DNA of 64,000 nucleotides from Candidatus Omnitrophota bacterium. GTDB lineage: Bacteria > Omnitrophota > Gorgyraeia > 2-01-FULL-45-10. Location of the stretch: NCBI GenBank assembly GCA_028716065.1, contig JAQUQN010000002.1, positions 6,485 through 70,484 of the forward strand, written 5' to 3'. Below are positions 51,283-59,954 of the stretch, in pieces (within the stretch, counting starts at the first letter, position 1; every line of letters begins with the position of its first letter). Both the position numbers and the translations under genes were made by a program. The notes beneath the pieces are model-generated. The model saw only the letters and a list, made by a program, of their open reading frames with translations, made no database searches and was not told the origin of the DNA.

Positions 51283-52827
51283 ATGGCTACTGAAGATATT
51301 CTAATAATCGATTTCGGTTCGCAGTATAACCAGTTAATAGCCCGTAAGGTAAGGGAGCATGATGTCTTTTGCGAGATCGTGCCTCCGGACATCTCAGCGG
51401 CATCCATCAGGAAAAAAAATGTGAAGGGTATCATCCTCTCCGGAGGTCCGGCCAGCGTCTACGCGAAGAATGCGCCGTCCTGCGATAAGGAGATATTCTC
51501 GTTGGGCATACCGGTCCTCGGCATATGCTACGGCATGCAGCTCATGACGAAGCTCCTGGGCGGAAAGGTAGAGAGGACTCGCTTTCGCGAATACGGCAGA
51601 GCCGCTCTCACAGTTACAAACCGTAGGATGTTATTCAAGCATATACCTAAAAAGAGCGTCTCCTGGATGAGCCACGGCGACAAGGTGAAACGGATGCCGC
51701 AAGGTTTTACGCGGTTGGCATTGTCCAAGAACACATCCATTGCGGCCTTCGCCGATTTTCGTAGAAGGCTGTATGGCGTCCAATTCCATCCCGAAGTGGT
51801 CCATACCGAACACGGCAAGACCATCATAAAAAATTTCGTAAAAGATATCTGCCGCTGCAGCGGCGACTGGTCGATGCGCTCTTTCGTAAAAGATACCATA
51901 TCCGAGATACGAAAGGTGGTAGGCAAAAAAGAGAAGGTGGTGCTGGGGCTTTCGGGAGGCGTAGACTCCTCGGTGACGGCACTCTTGATAAATAAGGCCA
52001 TAGGCCACCGGCTCGTATGCATATTCGTGGACAACGGCCTCTTGCGTAAGAACGAGGCCGGAAGCGTTAAGGAGATATTCCAGAAGCACTTCAAGATAAA
52101 CCTGAAGTGCGTGGACGCCTCAAAATATTTTTTAAACGAACTTCGCGGCGTCCAGGACCCGGAAAAGAAGAGAAAGATAATCGGCAGGACTTTCATAAAG
52201 GTATTCGAGGAGGAGGCACACAAGGTAGGCGGCGTAAAATTCCTGGCGCAGGGCACGCTCTATCCGGACCTTATAGAATCCCGTTCGGCATTCGGCGGGC
52301 CGAGCGCGACCATAAAGACCCACCATAACGTCGGGGGACTGCCCAAAGAGATGAAACTGAAACTCATCGAACCGCTAAAATACCTATTTAAGGACGAAGT
52401 AAGAAGGGTAGGACGGGAACTCAAAATGCCGCAAGAGGTGCTCGGACGTCATCCGTTCCCGGGTCCGGGCCTGGCCGTACGGATAATAGGGGAGGTCACT
52501 AAAGCGCGCTGTGATATCCTGCGCGAAGTGGATGACAGGTTCATAAGCGCCCTGCGGAGCAACAACCTCTACGATAAGATCTGGCAGGCGTTCGCCGTGC
52601 TCTTACCGATAAAATCCGTCGGAGTCATGGGCGACGAGAGGACATACGAAAACGTGGTCGCCATACGGGCCGTCACGAGCCTTGACGGCATGACAGCCGA
52701 TTGGGCGAAGATACCCCATGAAGTGCTCGGAAAAGTATCGAACAGGATAATCAATGAGGTCAACGGTGTCAACAGAGTCGTCTATGATATAAGCTCCAAA
52801 CCTCCCTCCACCATCGAGTGGGAATAA
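51283..52827 (+). CDS. guaA: GMP synthase (glutamine-hydrolysing)
   Basis: GICYGMQ GATase, SGGVDSS PP-loop, C-terminal ...PPSTIEWE. Confidence 0.95.
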   Translation: MATEDILIIDFGSQYNQLIARKVREHDVFCEIVPPDISAASIRKKNVKGIILSGGPASVYAKNAPSCDKEIFSLGIPVLGICYGMQLMTKLLGGKVERTRFREYGRAALTVTNRRMLFKHIPKKSVSWMSHGDKVKRMPQGFTRLALSKNTSIAAFADFRRRLYGVQFHPEVVHTEHGKTIIKNFVKDICRCSGDWSMRSFVKDTISEIRKVVGKKEKVVLGLSGGVDSSVTALLINKAIGHRLVCIFVDNGLLRKNEAGSVKEIFQKHFKINLKCVDASKYFLNELRGVQDPEKKRKIIGRTFIKVFEEEAHKVGGVKFLAQGTLYPDLIESRSAFGGPSATIKTHHNVGGLPKEMKLKLIEPLKYLFKDEVRRVGRELKMPQEVLGRHPFPGPGLAVRIIGEVTKARCDILREVDDRFISALRSNNLYDKIWQAFAVLLPIKSVGVMGDERTYENVVAIRAVTSLDGMTADWAKIPHEVLGKVSNRIINEVNGVNRVVYDISSKPPSTIEWE

Positions 52828-52845
52828 TCTAAAAGGAAGCTATAG

Positions 52846-55707
52846 ATGTTTTGGCGGATCGAGATAAAGGAAAAAGAAGGTCATTTCGACGCGCTGGGCG
52901 AAAGCGCCAAAAGAGATATCAATGACCTTGACCTGAGGAGCAGGGCCAGAGAAGTAAAGACCGTCCAGGTCTACCATTTGGATGGGGAACTGCAAGAACC
53001 CGACATAAAGACGATATGCGAAGACTTGCTCATAGATCCCGTAACGCAGGAATACGACTACTCCGGCAGCGCTGAGGCCGAAAGCAGATTTAAAGTTGTC
53101 GAAGTGGCCTACAACCCTGGCGTGATGGATCCCGTTGAGGAGAGCACTAAAAAGGCGATACTCGACCTGGGCATAGCGGGCATACGTTCCGTAAGAACCG
53201 CTAAGAAATATCTGATAAAAGGGGATCTAAGCGCCGACGATATCCGCCTTCTGGCCGAGAAGGTCCTCTACAATAAACTCGTGCAGCATGTCGTCAAAGA
53301 TCCTTCGGAGGTCTCAGCAGAACCGCCCACCTACTGCTTCAAACTTATCAGCGTTGATCTTATAAAGGCAGCTGACAAAAGATTAAAAAAGATATCCAGG
53401 GACGGCCAGCTCTTCCTGGACCTGGAAGAGATGCGGACGATAAAAAAGTACTTCGTGAAGCTCGGCAGGAATCCCACCGACTGTGAACTCGAAACGATCG
53501 CGCAGACCTGGTCCGAACATTGTTATCACAAAACATTCAGAGGCCTCGTCAAGTATAACGGAAAGACGATCGACAACCTGCTCAAGAATACGGTGATGAA
53601 GGTCACCAAAAAACTAAAAAAAAAGTGGTGCGTCTCTGTCTTCGAGGATAATTCGGGCGTCATCAGGTTTGACGAGAAATTCAATATCTGTTTCAAGGTA
53701 GAGACCCACAATCATCCATCCGCGCTTGAACCATACGGCGGCGCAGGGACGGGCATAGGAGGGGTCATCCGCGATCCCTTGGGGACCGGCCTTGGCGCAA
53801 AGCCTATAATAAATACCGATGTATTCTGTTTCGGTCCGCCCGATCATTCCTATAAAAAACTTCCTAAAGGGGTACTTCATCCTAAACGCATAATGAAGGG
53901 CGTCGTCGCCGGCGTGAGGGACTACGGCAACAGGATGGGCATACCTACCTCGAACGGCGCGGTCCTGTTCGACGAGAATTTTGTGGGAAATCCACTCGTC
54001 TTCTGCGGAAACGTCGGTATCATGCCCAGGAACAAATCTTTCAAAGAGGCCCATAGCGGCGACCTGATAGTGGTGGTGGGCGGCAGGACGGGAAGGGACG
54101 GGATACACGGCGCGACCTTTTCCTCCGGAGAACTTACACACGAATCGCACGGCGTCTCGGGTTCAGCGGTACAGATCGGAAACCCTATACAGGAAAAGAA
54201 GCTTGTGGATACCATACTTCAGGCCAGGGACCTCAATCTATACAGCGCTATAACGGACTGCGGAGCCGGCGGATTATCAAGCGCCGTGGGAGAGATGGGC
54301 GCAGAGCTGGGCGCCGAGGTCGAACTGGAGAAGGTGCCTTTAAAATACAAGGGCCTAAGATATGACGAGATATGGATATCCGAAGCTCAGGAACGGATGG
54401 TCCTGGCGGTGCCGCCGGAGAAGATAGACGCGCTTCAGAACGTCTTTAAAAAAGAAAATGTGGAGGCTACCGTAATAGGAAATTTTACGAAAGACAGACG
54501 GCTCAGATTATCCTATGATGGAAACCGTGTTTGCGACATAGATATGCGGTTCTTGCATAAAGGCGCTCCAAGGACGGTGCGAAAGGCCTCATGGAAGAGG
54601 CCCCGGTTCTCCGAACCCAGGATAATCCCTAAAAAAGACCTTACGGGGGAACTCTTGGGACTCCTATCCAACCCTAACATCGCGTCAAAAGAATGGATAA
54701 TCAGGCAATATGACCATGAAGTGCAGGGCGGAAGCGTGATAAAACCTCTGCAGGGCATAAACGGCGGCGGGCCGGGAGACGCTTGCGTAACGCGCCCCGT
54801 TCTCAATTCAAAAAAAGGCATCGTCTTAGGCTGCGGAATAAATCCGGATTACGGAAAGATAGACCCTTACTGGATGGCGGCAAGCGTGATAGACGAGGCC
54901 CTACGACAGATCACATCCGTAGGAGGAAAACTGGATAGGTGCGCCATATTGGACAATTTCTGCTGGGGCAATACGAATAAACCGGATAGGCTTGGCGGAC
55001 TGGTGCGGGCAGCGGAGGGGTGTCATGACATAGCCTTGGCCTACGGTGTTCCTTTCATCTCAGGAAAAGACAGCCTTAACAATGAATATTCAGCCGGAAA
55101 TAAATCCATATCTATACCTCCGACGCTGCTAATATCGGCGATCGCAATAATGGATGACGTGGCCAGGGCGGTCACGATGGACGCGAAAAAATCCGGGAAC
55201 GCGATATATATCATAGGAAAGACCCATGACGAGCTCGGAGGCTCGCAGTATTACAAGATGAAAGGTTATGTAGGCAACAACGTTCCTAAAGTAGATACCC
55301 CAACGGGAAAAAGTATCATGGAGTCCATGAATAAGGCCATGGATGCCGGATGCGTCCGGTCATGCCATGATTGCTCGGAGGGTGGAATGGCGGTAGCCCT
55401 GGCTGAAATGGCTTTTGCCGGAGGACTCGGCATGGAGATAGACCTCTCTATTCTTCCCGACTCGGCTCATGAGGACATCAAAAGAGACGATACGTTATTA
55501 TTCTCCGAAAGCAATTCAAGATTTATTGTAGAGGTCGAGAATGAAGCTAAATTCATAAAGATCATGAAGGGAAAACCGGTATTCAAACTTGGCCGCATAA
55601 ATAAAGGTAAAATTTTCAAAATATACGGCATGAGCGGAGATATTTTGATAAAGAGCGATGTGGACAGGTTAAAAGCGGCATGGCAAAGGCCGTTCAAAAA
55701 CATGTAA
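52846..55707 (+). CDS. purL: Phosphoribosylformylglycinamidine synthase PurL with fused N-terminal PurS-like domain(s)
   Basis: 953 aa. The first ~170 aa are PurS-like, followed by the PurL core (ETHNHPSALEPYGGAGTGIGGVIRD). Confidence 0.9.
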   Translation: MFWRIEIKEKEGHFDALGESAKRDINDLDLRSRAREVKTVQVYHLDGELQEPDIKTICEDLLIDPVTQEYDYSGSAEAESRFKVVEVAYNPGVMDPVEESTKKAILDLGIAGIRSVRTAKKYLIKGDLSADDIRLLAEKVLYNKLVQHVVKDPSEVSAEPPTYCFKLISVDLIKAADKRLKKISRDGQLFLDLEEMRTIKKYFVKLGRNPTDCELETIAQTWSEHCYHKTFRGLVKYNGKTIDNLLKNTVMKVTKKLKKKWCVSVFEDNSGVIRFDEKFNICFKVETHNHPSALEPYGGAGTGIGGVIRDPLGTGLGAKPIINTDVFCFGPPDHSYKKLPKGVLHPKRIMKGVVAGVRDYGNRMGIPTSNGAVLFDENFVGNPLVFCGNVGIMPRNKSFKEAHSGDLIVVVGGRTGRDGIHGATFSSGELTHESHGVSGSAVQIGNPIQEKKLVDTILQARDLNLYSAITDCGAGGLSSAVGEMGAELGAEVELEKVPLKYKGLRYDEIWISEAQERMVLAVPPEKIDALQNVFKKENVEATVIGNFTKDRRLRLSYDGNRVCDIDMRFLHKGAPRTVRKASWKRPRFSEPRIIPKKDLTGELLGLLSNPNIASKEWIIRQYDHEVQGGSVIKPLQGINGGGPGDACVTRPVLNSKKGIVLGCGINPDYGKIDPYWMAASVIDEALRQITSVGGKLDRCAILDNFCWGNTNKPDRLGGLVRAAEGCHDIALAYGVPFISGKDSLNNEYSAGNKSISIPPTLLISAIAIMDDVARAVTMDAKKSGNAIYIIGKTHDELGGSQYYKMKGYVGNNVPKVDTPTGKSIMESMNKAMDAGCVRSCHDCSEGGMAVALAEMAFAGGLGMEIDLSILPDSAHEDIKRDDTLLFSESNSRFIVEVENEAKFIKIMKGKPVFKLGRINKGKIFKIYGMSGDILIKSDVDRLKAAWQRPFKNM

Positions 55708-55708
55708 G

Positions 55709-56524
55709 ATGGGTAAAATAAAAGTCATAATAATACGGACTGCGGGTACCAATTGCGACGAGGAAACGGCATACGCATTTCAGCTGGCGGGGGCCGACGC
55801 GGCACTGGTCCATATAAACGAGGTTACGAGGGGAGAGCGGGATCTTAATGGCTACCATATTATGGCCATTCCGGGAGGATTCACATACGGCGACGACATA
55901 GCAAGCGGCAAGATACTGGCCAACGAATTCAAGTTTGAGTTAAAACACCAGATGCGTAAATTCGTGAAAGACGGCAGGCTCATAATAGGCATATGCAACG
56001 GCTTTCAGGTGCTTGTCAAATCAGGGTTCTTGCCTAATTTAAACGGCTCTTTTGAATCTATCGAGGCTACATTGACAATAAATGATTCTGCAAAGTTCGA
56101 AGATAGATGGGTATATTTAAAAAAAGGGGCAAGGGGCAAGGGACAAGGGGCAAGTAAAGACAGGTGCGTGTGGACAAAGGGGATAGGAGATATAATATAT
56201 CTGCCGGTAGCTCACGGCGAGGGAAAGTTCATGCCGGGAAACAGAGACATCATGAAAAGGCTTAAAAACGAAGGGATGATAGCCTTGGAGTATGTGGACG
56301 AAAACGGCCGAAAGAAAGGATACCCTCACAATCCAAACGGCTCAATAGATAATATCGCCGGTATATGCGATAATACCGGAAGGATATTTGGCCTGATGCC
56401 CCATCCCGAAAGACACATAACATGCTTTCAGCATCCCCGATGGACAAGAAAGAACGCGAAGAAAGAGGGAGACGGCCTGGCAATATTCAGGAATGGTGTG
56501 GCTTTCGCTAAAAAAAATTTGTAA
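55709..56524 (+). CDS. purQ: Phosphoribosylformylglycinamidine synthase glutaminase subunit
   Basis: GICNGFQ nucleophile and HGEG / HPER motifs. Contains a Gly/Lys-rich insertion, KGARGKGQGASKD. Confidence 0.9.
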   Translation: MGKIKVIIIRTAGTNCDEETAYAFQLAGADAALVHINEVTRGERDLNGYHIMAIPGGFTYGDDIASGKILANEFKFELKHQMRKFVKDGRLIIGICNGFQVLVKSGFLPNLNGSFESIEATLTINDSAKFEDRWVYLKKGARGKGQGASKDRCVWTKGIGDIIYLPVAHGEGKFMPGNRDIMKRLKNEGMIALEYVDENGRKKGYPHNPNGSIDNIAGICDNTGRIFGLMPHPERHITCFQHPRWTRKNAKKEGDGLAIFRNGVAFAKKNL

Positions 56525-56588
56525 TTTGGCTAAAATTAGTATATATTTATATAAAAGGATCGGAGTATAAAATCGCCCTATATACTTA

Positions 56589-57308
56589 ATGAGTAAAAGT
56601 ATCGAGTCATTAAGAAGGTTCCCCTCCAAGGAAGAGATATTATTCCACGACCATATTGTCGACACTTATTTCCGCAAAACCAACCGAAAAAAAAGACTTA
56701 AGATCGAAAAAAAGAAATTGGCGTCTTTTCTAATTATCGCCTTCACGGCTATCGCCGTCGTGTCGGCCCTTTTCTATATATTCAATTTTTTCAACAATAG
56801 GTATGTTAGTTTTCTGAAAGAGAAGATAACCAATTCCAGTATAGTAGAGCTCGTCAAAAACGGCACCCGCAACAATGAAGCCATCAAAAGATTAGAGTTC
56901 CGGGGATATGCGAAGTCAAGGAGCAAGTTATCCTTAGACACGATGGTGTTGAACAATCCAAAAAAATATAATTGGGCCGATGCCGCTATAGATTTCCGTT
57001 TTCCCATAGATTTTACGGATAAGACCATCTTCCTGTCGCTCAAAGGCAAGATAGGGGGCGAGAGGGTGGGCCTCGTCATAAGGGATAATCTAAACCGTTC
57101 TGCCAGGGTCTGCGATATCTACCTGGGGCGCGATTGGATAGAGAAGACCATACAGCTCGACAATGTTAAAAGAGATGTAGACCTTTCTCAGATATCTCAT
57201 ATGAGGCTTGAATGCGGCCGTATCGGAGAAGAGGCCGATAAGATGGATAAGCCCATAGATGTCACGGTATACGTAAAAGAGATTCGAATAGCAAAAAAAG
57301 GAGATTAG
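56589..57308 (+). CDS. Single-pass membrane protein with Lys/Arg-rich cytoplasmic N-terminus and CBM-like ectodomain
   Basis: N-terminal ~45 aa are basic (RKTNRKKRLKIEKKK), followed by a TM helix and a ~170-aa domain ending VYVKEIRIAKK. Ends 3 nt before the ParA-like gene. Confidence 0.5.
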   Translation: MSKSIESLRRFPSKEEILFHDHIVDTYFRKTNRKKRLKIEKKKLASFLIIAFTAIAVVSALFYIFNFFNNRYVSFLKEKITNSSIVELVKNGTRNNEAIKRLEFRGYAKSRSKLSLDTMVLNNPKKYNWADAAIDFRFPIDFTDKTIFLSLKGKIGGERVGLVIRDNLNRSARVCDIYLGRDWIEKTIQLDNVKRDVDLSQISHMRLECGRIGEEADKMDKPIDVTVYVKEIRIAKKGD

Positions 57309-57311
57309 GCT

Positions 57312-58454
57312 ATGAAAATAGTATCTGTGGCTAATCAAAAAGGCGGATGCGGAAAGACTACCACGGCCATAAACCTGGCGGGCGCCCTGGCCAAACTCGG
57401 GAAGAAGACGCTTCTCATCGACCTGGATCCGCAGGCGCACGCGTCATATGGGCTTGGAATATCGAGCCAGGCGGTAAAAAAATCGATATATAATGTCTTG
57501 ACCGATATCCCTGAGAAGAGATGCGCACTGAATGGTTGCATAGTGAACGTTTTACAGAACCTCGATCTCATTCCATCCAACATACTACTGAGCACCCTGG
57601 AACAGGAGCTGAAAGACAAGGAAGACGCCGTATCAAGGCTGAACCAGGTCCTCTCCGGAGGTAAATTGAATTATGATTACGTGATAATGGACTGCCCTCC
57701 GAGCCTGGGCTTTCTGACATTCAACGCCCTGAGGGCATCGGAGCTCATAATAGTTCCCATCGACATGAGTGCCTTTTCCCTGATGGGGGTGGGGATGCTT
57801 CTCGGAATGCTGGAACTTATAAAGGTAAAGATATTCCACGCTCCGCGCGTGAACGCGGTCGCCACTCTTTTCGATAAAAGGACCAAATATTCCCAGACGA
57901 TGCTGGAAGAGATACGGGCGTTCTTCAAGGGACAGACCCTCGATGCCGTCATAAGAAACAGCGTCGCCCTAAAAAAGGCCGTATATAAAGGGATACCTGT
58001 CACGGAGTTCGAAGCCGGATCGAACGGCGCGATGGACCACATAGCGCTGGCGCGAGAGATACTCCAGAAAGAAGGCGACCTTGAATTTGAAAAGGCCATG
58101 GAAGATACTAAGCCCGGTGCGCAGGAACCGGAAATAACTCCCGCGCAGGAAGGACCGCTACCGGCCAGGACAGAAAGTCCGATCCTGCCGGCCAGTTTCA
58201 TAGAATCTATCTTCTCTATACAGGCGCCCACCGCCAAGGATGTATATATCGTGGGTGATTTTAACAACTGGAAGATCAATGACGAGAGCAAACTATCGAA
58301 GATCAATGAGGGCAGGTGGGAGAAGCGGCTCAATCTCACGAGCGGAAAATACAGATATAAATTCGTCGTGGACGGGGAGTGGCAGCTTGACTCGAGAAAT
58401 AACGAACGCGAGATGAACCCGTTCGGCACATTTGATTCTATAATAAAACTATAG
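57312..58454 (+). CDS. ParA/MinD-family ATPase fused to a C-terminal CBM48 (AMPK-beta-type glycogen-binding) domain
   Basis: Deviant Walker A NQKGGCGKTT and DCPPSLG. A Pro/Glu-rich linker precedes the C-terminal segment VYIVGDFNNWK...GKYRYKFVVDGEWQLDSRN...FGTFDSII. Confidence 0.85.
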   Translation: MKIVSVANQKGGCGKTTTAINLAGALAKLGKKTLLIDLDPQAHASYGLGISSQAVKKSIYNVLTDIPEKRCALNGCIVNVLQNLDLIPSNILLSTLEQELKDKEDAVSRLNQVLSGGKLNYDYVIMDCPPSLGFLTFNALRASELIIVPIDMSAFSLMGVGMLLGMLELIKVKIFHAPRVNAVATLFDKRTKYSQTMLEEIRAFFKGQTLDAVIRNSVALKKAVYKGIPVTEFEAGSNGAMDHIALAREILQKEGDLEFEKAMEDTKPGAQEPEITPAQEGPLPARTESPILPASFIESIFSIQAPTAKDVYIVGDFNNWKINDESKLSKINEGRWEKRLNLTSGKYRYKFVVDGEWQLDSRNNEREMNPFGTFDSIIKL

Positions 58455-58467
58455 ATGAAAGATATTG

Positions 58468-58920
58468 ATGAGGCCTACCGCACATATCATCACATCCGGC
58501 ATAATAGGCGTCTGGGTGGGCCTCTATCTCAAATCCATGGGGTATGGCTTAATCTCCTTCTTGTCGGGCATCATCATCGATATCGACCACATATTCGACT
58601 ACTATCGTAGTCGCGGGTTTACGCATGAACTGGGCAAGATATATCATGCCTGTGTCAAAATGGACTTAAAATATGCATATCTCCTATTGCACTCCTATGA
58701 GTTTTTATTACTGCTCTGGACGGCGATAATTTTGTTTTCGCTCGGAAATTTCTGGAAGGCGATGGCCATAGGCGTAACACAGCACATCATTTTTGACCAG
58801 GTAACAAATTCTATTAACACGTTCGGATATTTTTTGACATTCAGGATGATCAAGGGGTTCGAGTCTGACAAGATATTAAAAAAGGATGATTTATGCGACA
58901 GCGGGAAGCAGAGCACCTGA
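58468..58920 (+). CDS. Small polytopic membrane protein, DUF457/YdjM-like putative metal-dependent hydrolase
   Basis: N-terminal TAHIITSG and IIDIDHIFD motifs with 3-4 TM helices. Tentative. Confidence 0.5.
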   Translation: MRPTAHIITSGIIGVWVGLYLKSMGYGLISFLSGIIIDIDHIFDYYRSRGFTHELGKIYHACVKMDLKYAYLLLHSYEFLLLLWTAIILFSLGNFWKAMAIGVTQHIIFDQVTNSINTFGYFLTFRMIKGFESDKILKKDDLCDSGKQST

Positions 58921-59558
58921 GAGGGCTCAAACAAGACTTCACTAAAGAGGATCCATGGCGGATCTTTCGCATCATGAGCGAGTTCGTGGACGGCTTCGAG
59001 ACGCTGTCTGACATAAAGAAGGCCGTGTCCATCTTCGGTTCCTCAAAGGCGAGGCCTCAAGATAAATTTTACGGCCTGGCCCAAAAATGCGCACAGGCCC
59101 TTGTAAAAAACGGATACGCAATAATAACGGGGGCCGGCTCGGGTATAATGGAGGCGGCCAATAAAGGCGCCAAGGAGGGCGGGGGAGAGTCCATCGGGCT
59201 CAACATCCTTATCCCTACCATGCAGAAACCCAACAGGTATATTACGCGCCTGCTCGAATTCAGGTACTTCTTCTGCAGAAAGGTCATGTTTGCTAAATAT
59301 AGCAAGGCCTTCGTGGTATTTCCAGGCGGATTTGGAACGATGGATGAGCTGTTCGAGGCCATGACGCTGGTGCAGACAAGAAGGGTTGAGCCATTTCCAG
59401 TAATCCTTGTCAGCCGCAACTACTGGAACGACCTGATAAGATGGATAGAGGGAACCCTATTAAAACATGGGGCAATAGAAAAAAAGGACCTGGCCATTAT
59501 CAGCGTGGCGGATACGCCGGATGAGGTCGTCTCAATAATAAAGAGATTCTATAAATAA
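58893..59558 (+). CDS. LOG family (TIGR00730) nucleotide phosphoribohydrolase
   Basis: PGGFGTMDELFE and GAGSGIMEAANKGA motifs. Confidence 0.85.
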   Translation: MRQREAEHLRGLKQDFTKEDPWRIFRIMSEFVDGFETLSDIKKAVSIFGSSKARPQDKFYGLAQKCAQALVKNGYAIITGAGSGIMEAANKGAKEGGGESIGLNILIPTMQKPNRYITRLLEFRYFFCRKVMFAKYSKAFVVFPGGFGTMDELFEAMTLVQTRRVEPFPVILVSRNYWNDLIRWIEGTLLKHGAIEKKDLAIISVADTPDEVVSIIKRFYK

Positions 59559-59573
59559 CCCGTCTTGACCATC

Positions 59574-59602
59574 TTGACAAAGACGCGCCCTGCCTGTAAA
59601 AT
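59574..59602 (+). promoter_or_regulatory. Sigma70-type promoter (TTGACA-N17-TAAAAT) for mnmG leader
   Basis: Exact -35. The ~345-nt leader contains the 3-way-junction structure and repeat copy B. Confidence 0.55.
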
Positions 59603-59629
59603 CTCATTGAAACAACCTGAAAATAAAAA

Positions 59630-59702
59630 GGATGGCAACAGCTCTCTTGTAGGTATCTAGTACCTCGAGGCCCGATAACGGGTCATTCTGCTGTTGTCAT
59701 CC
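59630..59702 (+). other. 73-nt predicted three-way-junction RNA structure in mnmG leader
   Basis: 13-bp closing stem GGATGGCAACAGC / GCTGTTGTCATCC (one G.U). It encloses hairpins AGGTA-tctag-TACCT and GGCCCG-ataa-CGGGTC. No U-tail. Downstream of promoter 59574-59602. Confidence 0.45.
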
Positions 59703-59756
59703 AAAACTAGTATACACTATTACATTATAATTGACAAGGCAAAGTGGATAGATTTC

Positions 59757-59954
59757 TATCCGCCTTCGCAATCAACGTGTAATAGGCTAGGTGCTTCGGC
59801 GGATGTCACACTGAAGCGGGTAGGCGGATACCCCCACCGTTAGATTTGCGAAGCAAATCTGGTGGGGGTTGGCAGATACCCCCACTGTTAGATTTGCGAA
59901 GCAAATCTGGTGGGGGTAAATAAAGGAACCACGGGCGTAAGCCCGTGGGGTTCT
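59757..59954 (+). repeat. Structured repeat element, copy B (in mnmG leader) with tandem duplication of the 48-nt palindromic unit
   Basis: Same order of modules as copy A with 4 substitutions. The GATACCCCCAC(C/T)GTTAGATTTGCGAAGCAAATCTGGTGGGGGT unit occurs twice back to back. Coordinates +/-1-2 nt. Confidence 0.85.

Noticed and set aside
59821-59920. Possible CRISPR-like array, since two identical-looking ~48-nt palindromic units occur in tandem.
   Set aside because: Only two units are present, and they abut directly with no spacers. There are no cas genes. The same unit occurs singly at 7.2 kb and 42.2 kb. It behaves as a REP/MITE-like repeat.
59910-59954. GTG 59910 as the mnmG start.
   Set aside because: The extension is encoded by the repeat element's hairpins. 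MNSEYDIIIIGSGHAG is the normal MnmG N-terminus. In this stretch my hand count of the printed sequence differs from the ORF track by 1 nt, so non-coding coordinates here are +/-1-2 nt.
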